The notes under the pieces were generated by a model that saw only the letters and a program-made list of their open reading frames with translations, was not told where the DNA came from and did no database searches. DNA of 63,880 nucleotides, the filler included, from Choristocarpus tenellus KU-1152 (Eukaryota; Protista; Phaeophyceae): the NCBI GenBank assembly GCA_964200185.2. It is 11 parts of 11 records of this genome, joined end to end, with 100 filler letters (N's around TTAATTAATTAA, not from the genome) between each part and the next. Parts side by side here need not be neighbours in the genome. Positions count along the whole stretch, not along the records: positions 1 to 3,266 come from CAXNAD020021162.1; positions 3,367 to 6,616 come from CAXNAD020021267.1; positions 6,717 to 9,531 come from CAXNAD020024509.1; positions 9,632 to 13,476 come from CAXNAD020017604.1; 7 more parts are not named here. One strand, 5' to 3'. A program made the translations under genes and the position numbers. Shown piece after piece: positions 1 through 11,899 of this stretch; position 1 is the first letter of the stretch; every line of letters begins with the position of its first letter.

Positions 1-381
1 ACAGACGGGAATGCCGGCCGCGAGCATAGATCCGCCTCCAGGTCCCAATTTTATCACAGGTACACAGTCGCCAACGAAGTGCTTGCGATCGCGGCGGTTC
101 TCACATGCCCGGATGATGTCCTGCTCTTTGGCCAACGTGTGTGCAAGGAAGGACTCGCTATCTGCCGCGAACTTCTTCACACAGGCTAAGCGCTTGCAGC
201 AGTCACCCTGTTCGTTGACCGGGATGGGTTCAGCCCATCCTCGGCGAAGGTTGGCGCCGGTCGCTGAAGCGTCATTGGTAGAAAGCTCTAGCGCATCATT
301 GTTGGCGGGCTGGTGAGGAGGCAACACAGGGGGAGACGCAGGCGACAAAAGCCACCCCCTTGCTGTGGAAGCAACTGTCAT
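1..381 (-). CDS. 5' part of a Cys-rich ORF running off the window start; resembles the N-terminal Cys region of Sola-like DNA transposases
   Basis: Hand translation gives 127 stop-free codons from ATG at 381 (context ACCACCATG): MTVASTARGW...GDCCKRLACVKKFAADSESF...RRDRKHFVGDCVPVIKLGPGGGSMLAAGIPVC. It is absent from the ORF track because no stop lies in the window. The CC-x4-C-x3-F ... VC spacing recalls Sola-type transposase N-termini, recognised from memory only. Confidence 0.45.
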   Translation of the reverse strand, partial: MTVASTARGWLLSPASPPVLPPHQPANNDALELSTNDASATGANLRRGWAEPIPVNEQGDCCKRLACVKKFAADSESFLAHTLAKEQDIIRACENRRDRKHFVGDCVPVIKLGPGGGSMLAAGIPVC

Positions 382-459
382 GGTGGTTTTGGGCAACAGG
401 CGGTCTTGGACAGTGAGAAGGTCTAGGAGTGATTAGATTCGAAGGCGGACGTATGAAAT

Positions 460-1299
460 TTGTTTAAGCTCCGGGCTATCTGTGGAACCACCCTGAGATC
501 CACGATCCTGAAAATCTGTGTATAACGTTTTTAGGAAGTTGTAAATCCGATTATATCCGTACTTATATATTGTTTAAAATACAAAGCACATACTTCATTC
601 ATCTTGTATGTTTCCAATGTTCAGTAACCAAAACATCAAAAAACAACTAGCACCCACTACATTTTTGAAGTTCAAAATCTTACCAAATTGGACATTTGGA
701 TTCTTGTAAATTGTAGAGGCCACCCTGAGATCCATGATCCTGCAAATCCGTGCGTTACACTTTTTGGAAGTTGTAAATAAGATTATATCCATACTTACAA
801 TTTTTTAACATACAAAGCACATACTTCATTGATCTTGTACGTTTCCAACGTTCCGAAACGAACTTTGTTTGAGCTCTGGGCTATCCGTGGGACCACCTTG
901 AGATCCATGATCCTGAAAATCCGTGTATTACGTTTTTAGGAAGTTGTAAGTAAGATTATATCCGCACTTACAAATTGTTTAAGATACAAAGCACATACTT
1001 CATTGATCTTGTACGTTTCCAATGTTCCGAAACCAACTCTGTTTGAGCACTGGGCTATCCGTGGGACCACCCTGAGATCCATGATCCTGAAAATCCGTGT
1101 ATTACATTTTTAGGAAGTTGTAAATCCGATTATATCCGTACTTACAAATTGTTTAAAATACAAAGCACATACTTCATTCATCTTGTATGTTTCCAATGTT
1201 CAGTAACCAAAACGTCAAAAAACAACTAGCACCCTCTACATTTTTGAAGGACAAAATCTTACCAAATTAAACATTTGGATTCTTGTAAATTGTAGAGGC
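460..1299. repeat. Tandem array, ~174-bp unit x4, with a ~98-bp segment present twice (622-720, 1202-1299)
   Basis: Recurring CCACCCTGAGATCCATGATCCTGAAAATCCGTG...TACAAAGCACATACTTCATT near 489, 720, 893 and 1067. Confidence 0.9.
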
Positions 1300-1665
1300 G
1301 ACACAAAGTGGTTCTTTGAGTAAAACTGATCCGATCGGATCGATTTTACTCGTGAACACCATAAACACGTGCGTTAGTAATTTTATAAATAGTAAATCCA
1401 GTAATAACCGTTCTTACAGTTTTTGAAAATACCAATAACGCACTTTATGGGTCTGACACGTTTCCAATTTTCAGAAACTAAAAGTCACTTCCAACTGGTA
1501 CCCACTATTTAATTAAATACTAAATCCGCTTCTTGGCGTCTCTAGTATTTAAATAAACACTAGAGACCACAAAAAGCGGATCTATGGTATTAAAGATCCG
1601 TCCGGATCGCGTTTACCGTTGAACACCCAAAACAAGTGCATTAGGGTTTTTCCGAAGTTGGAATG

Positions 1666-2374
1666 ATATTCTAGTCTTTACATCAACAAATTCAATTACA
1701 AACCACATCCTTCACTGATCCAATACGTTTTAAATGTACAAAACGAAAAGTTCACAAGAAACTGTTACTCTCTGTCTCTTTCCAATATGAAATCGTATGC
1801 TGTTTGATAGTCGTATTTTCTTGTAACACAATTGTCAAGGGAAAGAGAAATCTGAGTTTTGAGGACCGACCGACCAGATGAAATAATGCAGCACCGAAAT
1901 AATAATAATATTCTAGTCTTTACATCAACAAATTCAATTACAAACCACATCCTTCACTGATCCAATATGTTTGAAAGGTACGAAACGAAAAGGTCACAAG
2001 AAGCTGTTACTCTCTGTCTCTTTCCAATATGAAATCGTATGCTGTTTGATATTCGCGTTTTTTATAACACAATTGTCAAGGGAAAGAGAAATCTGAGTTT
2101 TGAGGGCCGAATGACCAGATGAAATAATGCAGCACCGAAATAATAATAATATTCTAGTCTTTACATCAACAAATACAATTACAAACCACATCCTTCATTG
2201 ATCCAATACGTTTGAAAGGTACGAAACGAAAAGGTCACAAGAAACTGTTACTCTCTGTCTCTTTCCAATATGAAATCGTATGCTGTTTGATATTCGCGTT
2301 TTTGTAACACAATTGTCAAGGGAAAGAGAAATCTGAGTTTTGAGGGCCGAATGACCAGATGAAATAAAGCAGCA
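1666..2374. repeat. Tandem array, ~242-bp unit x3
   Basis: ATATTCTAGTCTTTACATCAACAAA... starts at about 1666, 1908 and 2149; copies are nearly identical. Confidence 0.95.
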
Positions 2375-2473
2375 TCTCCCATCCCTCAGTCCTCATTTCA
2401 ATTCATTCCCTTCAGTACATACCACGCGCACCTGTTATTTACCGATCCCCGTCACACCCTCCCAACCTTCGCC

Positions 2474-2920
2474 ATGTCCAGCATTTGCTCAACAACAACC
2501 CAACCGCCCGCCGATGGCGCTGCCCACGGATCGAGAACGTGGGGCAGCGATCTGAAGGGCATGTCCTCGCTCCTTGAACATCACTACCTCAGCACGTACC
2601 GGATGAAACTCGGCAACATCACATGCATGGAGATGGTACGTCTACTGAGCAAGCGTGGCCTTGCGCGCGTCAGCAAGTCTATCCACGAGAAAGGCTGGCT
2701 GGAGCAGTTTGCTCCATCTGTGGTAATCCAGCGAGACTCTTTAGGTAATGGGGATCAGCTCACCGCCGAAACCGCGCTTGCCATTCAAGGACATACACTG
2801 GACGGAAACCATAGAATAACGGTGCCGAAGAGAGAGTTTGATCCCAAACGCACTTTCATGATGCGGGTCTACATGGAGTTCAACCAAGCAGAAGAGAGGC
2901 TAATTGCCAACGGTGGGTGA
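2474..2920 (+). CDS. ParB/sulfiredoxin-like (ParB N-terminal fold) domain protein; probably exon 1, with a donor GTGGGT at 2913
   Basis: GCCATG start. The sequence RLLSKRGLARVSKSIHEKGWLEQFAPSVVIQ...TLDGNHRITV matches the ParB/Srx pattern (L..SI...G....P.hV ... hDGxHR). Confidence 0.7.
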   Translation: MSSICSTTTQPPADGAAHGSRTWGSDLKGMSSLLEHHYLSTYRMKLGNITCMEMVRLLSKRGLARVSKSIHEKGWLEQFAPSVVIQRDSLGNGDQLTAETALAIQGHTLDGNHRITVPKREFDPKRTFMMRVYMEFNQAEERLIANGG

Positions 2921-3266
2921 TGGAGTGTTGTCGTTATTCCATGATCGCCTGATGACTCTTTTGATCTACCAAGTTGTTACCAAGTTTCCTTTGTTTGGTT
3001 CATCGTCAGTCAGTCAATTGTTGATCTTTTCGCTGTTGATCTTTTTTATCCCTCGTGGTCTTTCTGTCGACAGCAACATGTTGCTCACTACTGCCTACCG
3101 CGTGTGTCCCATGACCGCTTCCCACCTACCCCTTGCCCTGTTTGTCCACTGGGATGTGTTACAAGTCCAAAAACTTGCCCGAGAAAAAAGATAAATGCAG
3201 ATCGGCGTATCTGACAGGGTGGGGGGGGGGGAGGGCAAATAAAAAAAAAAAATATCCGGGGAAGGC

Positions 3267-3366
3267 NNNNNNNNNNNNNNNNNNNNNNNNNNNNNNNNNN
3301 NNNNNNNNNNTTAATTAATTAANNNNNNNNNNNNNNNNNNNNNNNNNNNNNNNNNNNNNNNNNNNN
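3267..3366. other. Artificial contig spacer (N44-TTAATTAATTAA-N44); also at 6617-6716, 9532-9631, 13477-13576, 20884-20983, 26339-26438, 34200-34299, 42176-42275, 58222-58321, 61110-61209
   Basis: Identical 100-bp spacers carrying stop codons in all six frames. Confidence 0.98.
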
Positions 3367-3438
3367 GCATTAACACATAAACATCATTTTAATAAAAGCG
3401 CTCGTAATCGTTTCCATCCTCTCCTTGAAGCTTATGAA

Positions 3439-3635
3439 TGATTTCCCAGCTCACCACGATTAATCACTCGATTCCACGATTGATTTTCCAGCTCACCACG
3501 ATTAGTCAGTCGCTTCAACGATTGATTTCCCAGCTCACCACGATTAATTACTCGATTCCATGATTGATTTCCCAGAAATGCCACGATTAATCAGTCGATT
3601 CCATGATTGATTTCCCAGCTAACCACGATTAGTTA
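3439..3635. repeat. Minisatellite, ~42-bp unit x5
   Basis: TGATTTCCCAGCTCACCACGATTAATCACTCGATTCCACGAT repeated. Confidence 0.9.
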
Positions 3636-4224
3636 CTACAAAACCGATATTGTACCACATCAATTCTGTGCCGCTTTTTTCGCACAAAATCGGGGTAGGT
3701 ACTGTATTGTGAAGTTGTCACATAATCGAAAAAAAGCAGCTAGTCCTTCCGTGAGAATCGGGGTCATCTGTGGCTAACCCTATGCGCTGTACGTGACGCT
3801 GAATACCGGGTGTGTCGGAAGGTAAAAAGACGAAAAGATTTCCACTTCGTGCAAGGTGATCAGGTGCGTACAGCTGGAGGATGATGTGAACCGACCATGA
3901 CATGCCATCCTCTCAGGGCCTGACTCCATGCGCAAGACATTTTCCCTCTCTCCTTTCGTTTGTTTGTCCTGTCCCATTTCTAACGTGCCCACCCGATGCA
4001 GACATCCTGCAATCAACTGAGAGGCTTAGTCCAAAGGGAACCAGAAGGTGAGTCCCCATACAAGAAACATTCACCCTTCGCGCAGCCTACACTGAGACGT
4101 CTCTGAATGACCAATATCGCAAACACAACGTCATTATTTAGCACCTTTGGCAGATGTTGCGGCTATCATTCGTTCACGTGGCATGTATTAGCATGTGGCT
4201 GACATGATAGTGCACCCAAGTTGC

Positions 4225-5590
4225 TGTATTTGTTTCCTTTACAACCGTGTACACCCCAGCTGCCAGCAGTGGTAAAACCAACAGTTTCAGATTCGATGCC
4301 CTATATATATTTTTTTTCTAACCGTGTACACTCCATTTGCCAGCAGTGGTAAAACCATCAGTTTCAGATGCGACGCCCCGTATTTTTCTTCATTTTCAAC
4401 TGTCTAGACACTAGCTGCCAGCAGTGGTAAAACCAACATCCTCAGATTTGGTGCCCCGTACGTTTCTGCGTTTACAATGGTGTACACAGCACCTGTCAGT
4501 CGTGGTAGTACCAGCATTTTCAAATTGGATACCCCGTACTTGTTGCCTTAATAACCATGTGTACTCACCAGCTTCAGAAGGTGGTGTTATGAACAATTTT
4601 CAAATCCGATGCCCTATATTAATTACCCCTGTATAGCCGTGTACACAACCCCAGCTGCCAGGGCAAAAGTATGTTAGGGGGTATGAGGTTTGCCCTTTAT
4701 GTCCATTTGGGACTTTGCTTCCCATGTGTTTTTTTATGTCATTTTACCTACTCTGAATTATTTCGTAGTAGGTGACATGTATACGTTATGAAAAGGCGTG
4801 TCCAGAACATGGATATTGACACTTGCTAACAAACATGATGGCCAAATTACATCAAAATTCCAACATTGGATTTTGGCCCACAAATGGACGCAGCTCTACC
4901 CCCTAAGATACTTTGGCTCACCAGCTGCCAGCAGTGGTAATACCAACATTTTCGGATTCGATGCCCTATATTGTTTTTATTTACAACCGTGTACATCCCA
5001 GCTGCCAGCAGTGGTAATACCAACAGTTTCAAATTCGATGTCCTGTATTTTTTGTATTTCCAACCATGTACACCCCAGCTGCCAACAGTGGTAGTACTAA
5101 CATTTTCGGATTCGATGCCCTATATTTTTTTTATTTCCAATCGTGTACACACCAGCTGCCAGCAGTGGTGAAACATTTTCAGATTCGATGCCCCGTACTT
5201 TTTTTCATTTTCAACCGTCTAGACACCAGCTGCCAGCAGTGGTAATACCAGCATTTTCGAATGCAATAGCCTGTATTTGTTACGCTTTATAACCGTGCAC
5301 TCACCACCTCTCAGCAATGGCGATACCAACATTTTCAGATTCGATGCCCCGTACGTTTCTGCGTTTACAATTGGTTTACACAGCACCTGTCAGCAGTGGT
5401 AGTACCAGCATTTTCAAATTGGATACCCTGTACTTGTTGCCCTTATAATCGTGTGTACTCACCAGCTGCAGATGGTGATGTCGCGGACATTTTCAAATCC
5501 GATGCCCCATATTCATTACTCTTGTACAGCAGTTTACACACCACCAGCTGCCAACAGTGGTAACACCAGCTTTTTCAGATCCGATCCTCT
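4225..5590. repeat. Minisatellite, ~65-bp unit, roughly 15 or more copies, interrupted by a MITE-like insertion
   Basis: AACCGTGTACACCCCAGCTGCCAGCAGTGGTAATACCAACATTTTCAGATTCGATGCCC repeated with divergence. Confidence 0.9.
4661..4919 (+). mobile_element. MITE-like family A (~258 bp), full copy
   Basis: Inverted termini GGGCAAAAGTATGTTAG / CTAAGATACTTTGGCTC; internal sequence shared with the copies at 9361, 49414 and 61797. Confidence 0.85.
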
Positions 5591-6244
5591 ATTTTACAGG
5601 GCACGAAGTTTTCGCCGATTGTCCTTTGAGGTTGGCTGCCCACGCGTTTTGAACGATATTGTACCTACTCTAAAATGTTTTCGAGAAGTACAATGTCTAC
5701 ACTATGGAAAGGAGCGTCCGGAAAAAGGACATTGACATCTCCAAACAATGAAGATGGGAAGAATTACAGTTCAAATGCGACACTCGAATTCGACCGCCAA
5801 ATGGACACGGCCCTACCCCTAAGATATGTCGACTAGCACCCATGATATCAACCGTAACCCTCACCAAAAAAATCACCCACATTTTCAACACTAAACTCAA
5901 TCCGCCATCTATAGATTTCACCTCACATCGCACATGTCAATCAACATACAATCAATCCAACGGCTTTAACCTGAAATGGCTACAGCGAATTCGACCGAAC
6001 CATTTTCCGAAATTGGAACATGTATTGTAGTCACTTATGTTGAGAGTAATCAGACAACTGATCCGAAATAAAAGGAAGATTCCACGATGCAATTTCATAT
6101 CAGACAACATCCGTCTGTCCGGGGTGACGTGGTGACACCTTCGATACGCACAAGTAAGGACTTTGATACCGTTGGAACATTTACGATATGGTTCACATCG
6201 GAAATGGACATACGCTCCCCCGATAATCTTGCCGCGTTTTCGAT

Positions 6245-6616
6245 GTTGATGGCCTTTACCGCTCGACAGAACACATGAAACTCATTCATCACTGTCTGCC
6301 ATATGCCAAGCATAAACCTGTGCATGCCCTCCCGACATTTAACTCAGATCGGTGCGTAAATTCCTTTCATGTTCACCTTTCACTTTTGAGATTCCACGTT
6401 ATGTTTTGCTGCTCAGGATTACTGTTTCAAATCGACCCCTCCCCCCCCCCAACAGTTTCGCCGCGCCTTGAATATTGATGGCATTTACCGTTCGACAGAA
6501 CACATGGAGCTCACTCATCACTGTCTGCCATATGTCAAGCATAAACCTGTGCATGGTTGCCCTCCAAACATCTAACTCGGGTCGGTGCGTAATTTCCTTT
6601 CATGTTCACCCTAGAT
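6245..6616. repeat. Local duplication of ~140 bp (about 6245-6385 and 6475-6616)
   Basis: TTGATGGC..TTACCG.TCGACAGAACACATG...CTGTCTGCCATATG..AAGCATAAACCTGTGCATG occurs twice. Confidence 0.8.
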
Positions 6617-7547
6617 NNNNNNNNNNNNNNNNNNNNNNNNNNNNNNNNNNNNNNNNNNNNTTAATTAATTAANNNNNNNNNNNNNNNNNNNNNNNNNNNN
6701 NNNNNNNNNNNNNNNNTGCAGGGAAACTGAAGGCATACTGATACAAGGTGTACAAAACGTCAACACATAGATAAGGGATCACCAATATAATTACAAAATT
6801 GGCAAATTGAAAGAGGATGCAACTACAACAACATCATGTAACACAATCGCCGCCAGCACATCTATCTCCTGTCACAAATAATCGTATCTCGAGAGGGTTG
6901 GATGTACGCAAGAACGTCAACCAATTGCTTGTTAGTCCCCCACGAAACAAGTCGCTCCCAGTCAAATACAAAAAATATTGTTTTTTCCAACACATAATCA
7001 TAATTTAAATATCGTTGTAGCACCACTAGAAAGAGTGAGACACGTTGCCAAGACAGTTCAGCGAGGCTGAACTGCTGGGTTCTCTTTTTGGATCTAACCA
7101 ACCACCTCAATGCTTCGCAAAGTGGTTATGTTATGATCCATACATACGGTAGTATGTACGATAGTTCCCATTTACTGTCAGGGATGGAAGGGACTAGATC
7201 CTGTACTATCACCTCAACAGTGGTTAGTGCAAAACATATCTTCTGGGTTTGAGCTCAGAATTGTCGACAATTCAGTACCTCAAACCCTTCACACACACCT
7301 TTATTCCCCCTCAGCACCCTACAACAACACAACAAAGAAATATTGGCAGATTCCAGGGAGTCTGTTTTCGTACCTACTTCTCTAGTCACTCCAAAATATT
7401 GTATATGTATACCTCCGTTGTAGTTTCAAGCAGGGAAAAAATAATCTACATTTGCTTTAAACTACCGATTGGTGGCACCACTGCTTTAAATCCATTTAAT
7501 TTAGATGGTGGTATGGAGAAAGATTCCAACGACCATCATCTAAAATA

Positions 7548-7620
7548 TGGAGAATGTGGGTATCGATCCCACTACTTCTTCCATGCTAAGGAAGCGCTCT
7601 ACCATTTGAGCTAATTCCCC
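7548..7620 (-). tRNA. tRNA-Ala (anticodon AGC)
   Basis: Reverse complement GGGGAATTAGCTCAAATGGTAGAGCGCTTCCTTAGCATGGAAGAAGTAGTGGGATCGATACCCACATTCTCCA folds as a cloverleaf; anticodon stem CTTCC/GGAAG, loop TT-AGC-AT; G3:U70 pair. Confidence 0.95.
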
Positions 7621-9360
7621 ACTACATTACAGAAATATTCTTGCTTTTGTGTTTAATAATGCTATGATGTGCAATTATTAATAATGAAAATACTTTGTCA
7701 ATCTGTATTATTAAAATCGTGTAGCCTATCATTGGGCTGTACGGTTGTATTCTTGTTTTGTTGTATTTCGAGTCGTTTGATTTCTCGAAGGTTTTTAAAA
7801 AACGCCTCTAAACAATTTGACCAGGTTAATTGAATTGAAGTGTGTATGAAGCATGAGAGACGAATAGGCATTATGAAGTGTACCACCAACACACAGACAT
7901 ATATATTTATGGTCAGATGGTACATTTTAATACTTCATACTGCCATCGGTTTCTTTCTCTATCGTCCCATTCCACCAACTCTATTGCCTCTATTGTTACT
8001 TTCCCTTGTTCTATTGGGTATTTCGCGACAATGGTCAAAGAGTGAGCGATGAGAAGGGCTGCTTTCATTTGACCTCTCCGATTGGACTGGCTTGTTTTCG
8101 TCTAATCGTTTACTGTTTCACACATCAGTTTGATCTTCTCAATCAAGTTTGATCTTACTAAATCTGTGATTAAAGGTTGAAAAGCAGAGAAAGTGGTGAA
8201 TGGAACTAACATTGTCGTAGAAGAAAGGAGAAAGAATAATGAGATGAAAACTTTGGGAGCTCGTACACAACGAGATCCAAGGTCCATCAAGAATGGAGCT
8301 TGATAGAGATGTACAAGTTGGGGACAACAAGAACAATTATAATGAAAGAAAAAGTGAAGGACCAGTAGTAGAGCAACATGTCATCACCATCATCAGCAGG
8401 CACATACCACATCACTTCATACTACAGTATACACCAGCACCACTACCGAAGAAGAGTTGTGAGGTGTGCAGCAATGACCATTTTCATACAATGCAAACCA
8501 CCCATAAAGTTCTGAGATTCCATTGCCACACATTTTTGTACCAATAATATAAATTTATTTTTGCTAATTTATCTCCAGTCGTCTCCAGTAGACTACCAAT
8601 AAGATCGGAAGGGNNNNNNNNNNCGGAAGGGCAACGATAATAACTATATATGAAAATATTAAATACAATTAATATGATAAGGCACATGCCAGCACCACTA
8701 CCACTATAACGGACAGTGTAAACTTTCAAATACTTCCAGTGATCTAGAATCGACTGAAGTTTTCCCCTTTGGACCGAGCGTTGGAATTAAAATGGCCATA
8801 AAAATTCATTGTCTCACCTACATATTCAAGCACGTACCACAATCCAACCAACTTACGCATAATCCTACAAAGAAGACAAAGCATTCTGGCGCATGCGTCT
8901 CTTATGCAACCAACAGTCCTGTTGCCTGGTTACATCACCCTCAAGAATGGAAATGACATGTGCAGTGGGTGTGTTCAAGGCTACACAATCCTCCAGACCA
9001 ATTGTATTAGTTCTTCACATTAGCCTCAGGGTCCTAAACCTGTGCTTTGAAGATAGTCGAAGGAGAGAGGTAAAAACGGCACAATACTTGTAGTAGGTAA
9101 GAGTGCCAGACGAGACCCAGGCATGAGTGAGTCACTAACACTCATCAATGGCTGGGGCAGATCATCATCGACACCATAGTCAAGGTCCTATGGAAGAAGA
9201 AAACTCCAGGTCACATTTTACCTATCCACGCAAACACCACTTATCATATAGAACACGAAAAAACGCGAGAAAAAAGATAACCATCGGTAGTATAAAACAA
9301 AGAAAAAAATCAGAAAAAGGAACATTCAACATGAGGTAGGAAGCTAGTGCGTGGGCATGA

Positions 9361-9726
9361 GAGTGAAAGTATCTTAGAGGGTACGAGTTTTGCCCTGTTG
9401 GCCATTTGGGGCTTGGCTTCCCTCGGATTTTTTTATGACATTTTCCTACTCCAAAATATTTCGGAGTAGGTAATATGTACATGTTATGAAAAGGTGTGTC
9501 TGGAACAAGGATATTGACACTTCCTAACAAANNNNNNNNNNNNNNNNNNNNNNNNNNNNNNNNNNNNNNNNNNNNTTAATTAATTAANNNNNNNNNNNNN
9601 NNNNNNNNNNNNNNNNNNNNNNNNNNNNNNNCTAACTAACACGATAGCCAAAATTACATCAAAATCGCAACTTTATATTTTGGCCCCCAAATGGACGCGG
9701 CTCTAACCTCTAAGATACTTTGGCTC
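9361..9726 (+). mobile_element. MITE-like family A, two halves on either side of an assembly gap
   Basis: GAGTGAAAGTATCTTAGAGGG at 9361; CTCTAAGATACTTTGGCTC ending at 9726. Confidence 0.8.
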
Positions 9727-9972
9727 AGAAGCATTCTAATATGCATTTGTACAAAAAGGCAAATATAGCACATAATTGTCACCACAGGGCTAGGACGTAG
9801 GGAAGCATTTCAATAACCCTGAGGCCCCTCCTTGCCCATCTCCCTGGTGTCTCCAACTTCAAACGCATGACACTTCTTGACAGAGCCCCTTGAGTTGTGA
9901 CAGACACTATCTATCCTATACGGGTTTTGACAGCTCCTTTTCTGCTGAATCCTTCCACCTCCCTCTCCCCTA

Positions 9973-10152
9973 GACCCAAAGTATCTGGGGAGGAAGGGAG
10001 GTTCACACCAGGGTGTCCATTTGGGCCGTAACCAGGAAAAGTGCACTTACATTATCCATCTGACGTATACAAACCAAATCACCCAAAAATCATGACATGA
10101 AAAAATGTACCCCAAATGGACAGCCGACACCTCCCTGCAGATACTTTGACTA
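9973..10152 (+). mobile_element. MITE-like family B (~180 bp), full copy
   Basis: GACCCAAAGTATCTGGGG...CACCAGGGTGTCCATTTGGGCC...CAGATACTTTGACTA; related pieces at 13402, 32015, 38736, 61210 and possibly 63857. Confidence 0.8.
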
Positions 10153-11899
10153 GGTACCGCATGCCTAGCCAACTCATCCAGAAACGTTTTTACTTGCTTA
10201 CTTAGTCAATATCGTCATCCAAGTGTGAGTCTAAGCTCACCCAAGTCGGCATGGTTCTAGGATATTTTGTGTTTGGCAGGTACCAGACATGATTCTACAT
10301 TTTCTTGATCAGAATTGTTTTAGATTGGAGTGCAGAACATCCCTCTATTTCTAATAATGCTGCGGTGAAACATTGGGATAAAACGTTTCATCTGGCAGGT
10401 AAGGTAGACGTCTCTGCATGCGGGCAATTAAGAAAATATGAGATGTTGGAAAGGTTCCCAGAGATACTTCAGCCTGTATTATAGTGAATCAGGTGTTCAT
10501 ACGCTACCAAATAGTGTACTGCTTCACCAAGAAGACGAAGATGATGTAGAATGTGCTTTATTATGTTACACCAAACAGTGAGTAGTCCTATCCATTTGGG
10601 GGGTAGTTCCTAATTTTCATATTCACCCTTTCACGAAATTCGGTAGATCACCAACTGATACATTTCATATAATGTATCTTCAACATCACTATATTCCAAT
10701 ATCCCGATCCCTCACTAATCTACCATTCTACACAAATGATCTTGCATCGTGAATAATCCTATTTCATGTGTAGTAATAGCAACATTTAGTGTGCATAGTA
10801 GTTCAAGGCATCTCCTTATGCGAACATCAGAATGGTGTAGTGTTCGACAATATAACCATACCAATATTTGTTGTTGTTGAAAGAAAAGAGAGGTGTATGT
10901 GTGTGTGTGTGAATGTGTGTTGAATGAAAGGTCTCCACTTCACCAGTGTAATTGGTATGTTGGCGGTTAGAGTGAGGCTTGAACAATCCGTTATGTTGCT
11001 CACTCTTGAAGTGTGTACCTGTCCCATGCTGATAAGGTGCTAGGTAAGTTCTTCTCCTTTTTGAATCATTACGATTGCACATAGTAGTTCCTTGTATATT
11101 TCTGGAATTAGTACAAGGAGGGGGGGGAGGGGGGAATGGCATGTGTATTACGTGTATTGATGTTTGCTTGAAAATAGATCGCTTTATTGTATTGCTGACT
11201 GTGTCTCTCGGCTACTTTCCCAGAGGTGGAAGGGGGGATAGGAATTACTGCTCACTCAAGTATTAGAATTTTCCATACGATTAATCTGTCCACATTCCCT
11301 CTGTTTTGGTGTCAAAATGATTTCCTTTCTTGGAGCAAGAAACACCAGACTGCAGTTGATAGGGATAGGATAGATCTCTGTCTGATTACAATTTGTACAG
11401 ACAAATGGAGGAAGGGAACAAGCAAGGAGGGGTACGGGACTCCTAACTGGAGAGAGCTAGTAATTGATCATAACTCATATGGACTCATGTAGTACTTCAA
11501 TACACTCGTTTCACTGTGTGGAGAGTTCGATATGTGTATTGCAACCTCTCAGGTGAAACTTTCCCTCTGCTGTTTTTTAGGTCGAGAGGAACCAGTACTT
11601 TAATACAAGTACGACTTGATAGGAGAATATTGACGACAAGAATTTGTTAGCTGGTGTTGTAAATATATCGCTTGTTCACTCAGCACAACCATGTACAGTA
11701 AGTGGTGGTGGTGTGCAATAAGGCGTATATGTTTTGGAATACTTGCATACACAAACAGTCACAAAAATTCATAACGTCAGCAGATATCCATAGTCCAAAA
11801 CTTTGTATGTCTTTCATAGTATTGTTGTCATACATAAACACCTCCCACTCTCTCATACTCACACATGATAGGCAGCATTCAGGTATAACGAAAGAAAAT

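Noticed and set aside
11-316. 101-aa plus-strand ORF
   Set aside because: Antisense shadow of the longer open minus-strand frame 381-1, which has the better start context and motif content
3311-3322. Recurrent TTAATTAATTAA motif as a biological site
   Set aside because: Always centred in 100-bp N runs; an assembly linker
460-5590. Tandem arrays as CRISPR arrays
   Set aside because: Units repeat along their whole length with no unique spacers, and no cas-like ORFs are visible; these are minisatellites in eukaryotic DNA
8700-9030. Possible zinc alcohol dehydrogenase or CACTA/Plavaka transposase relic (DCGTC, LEGD..QQ)
   Set aside because: Too few motif residues and several stops; cannot be assigned
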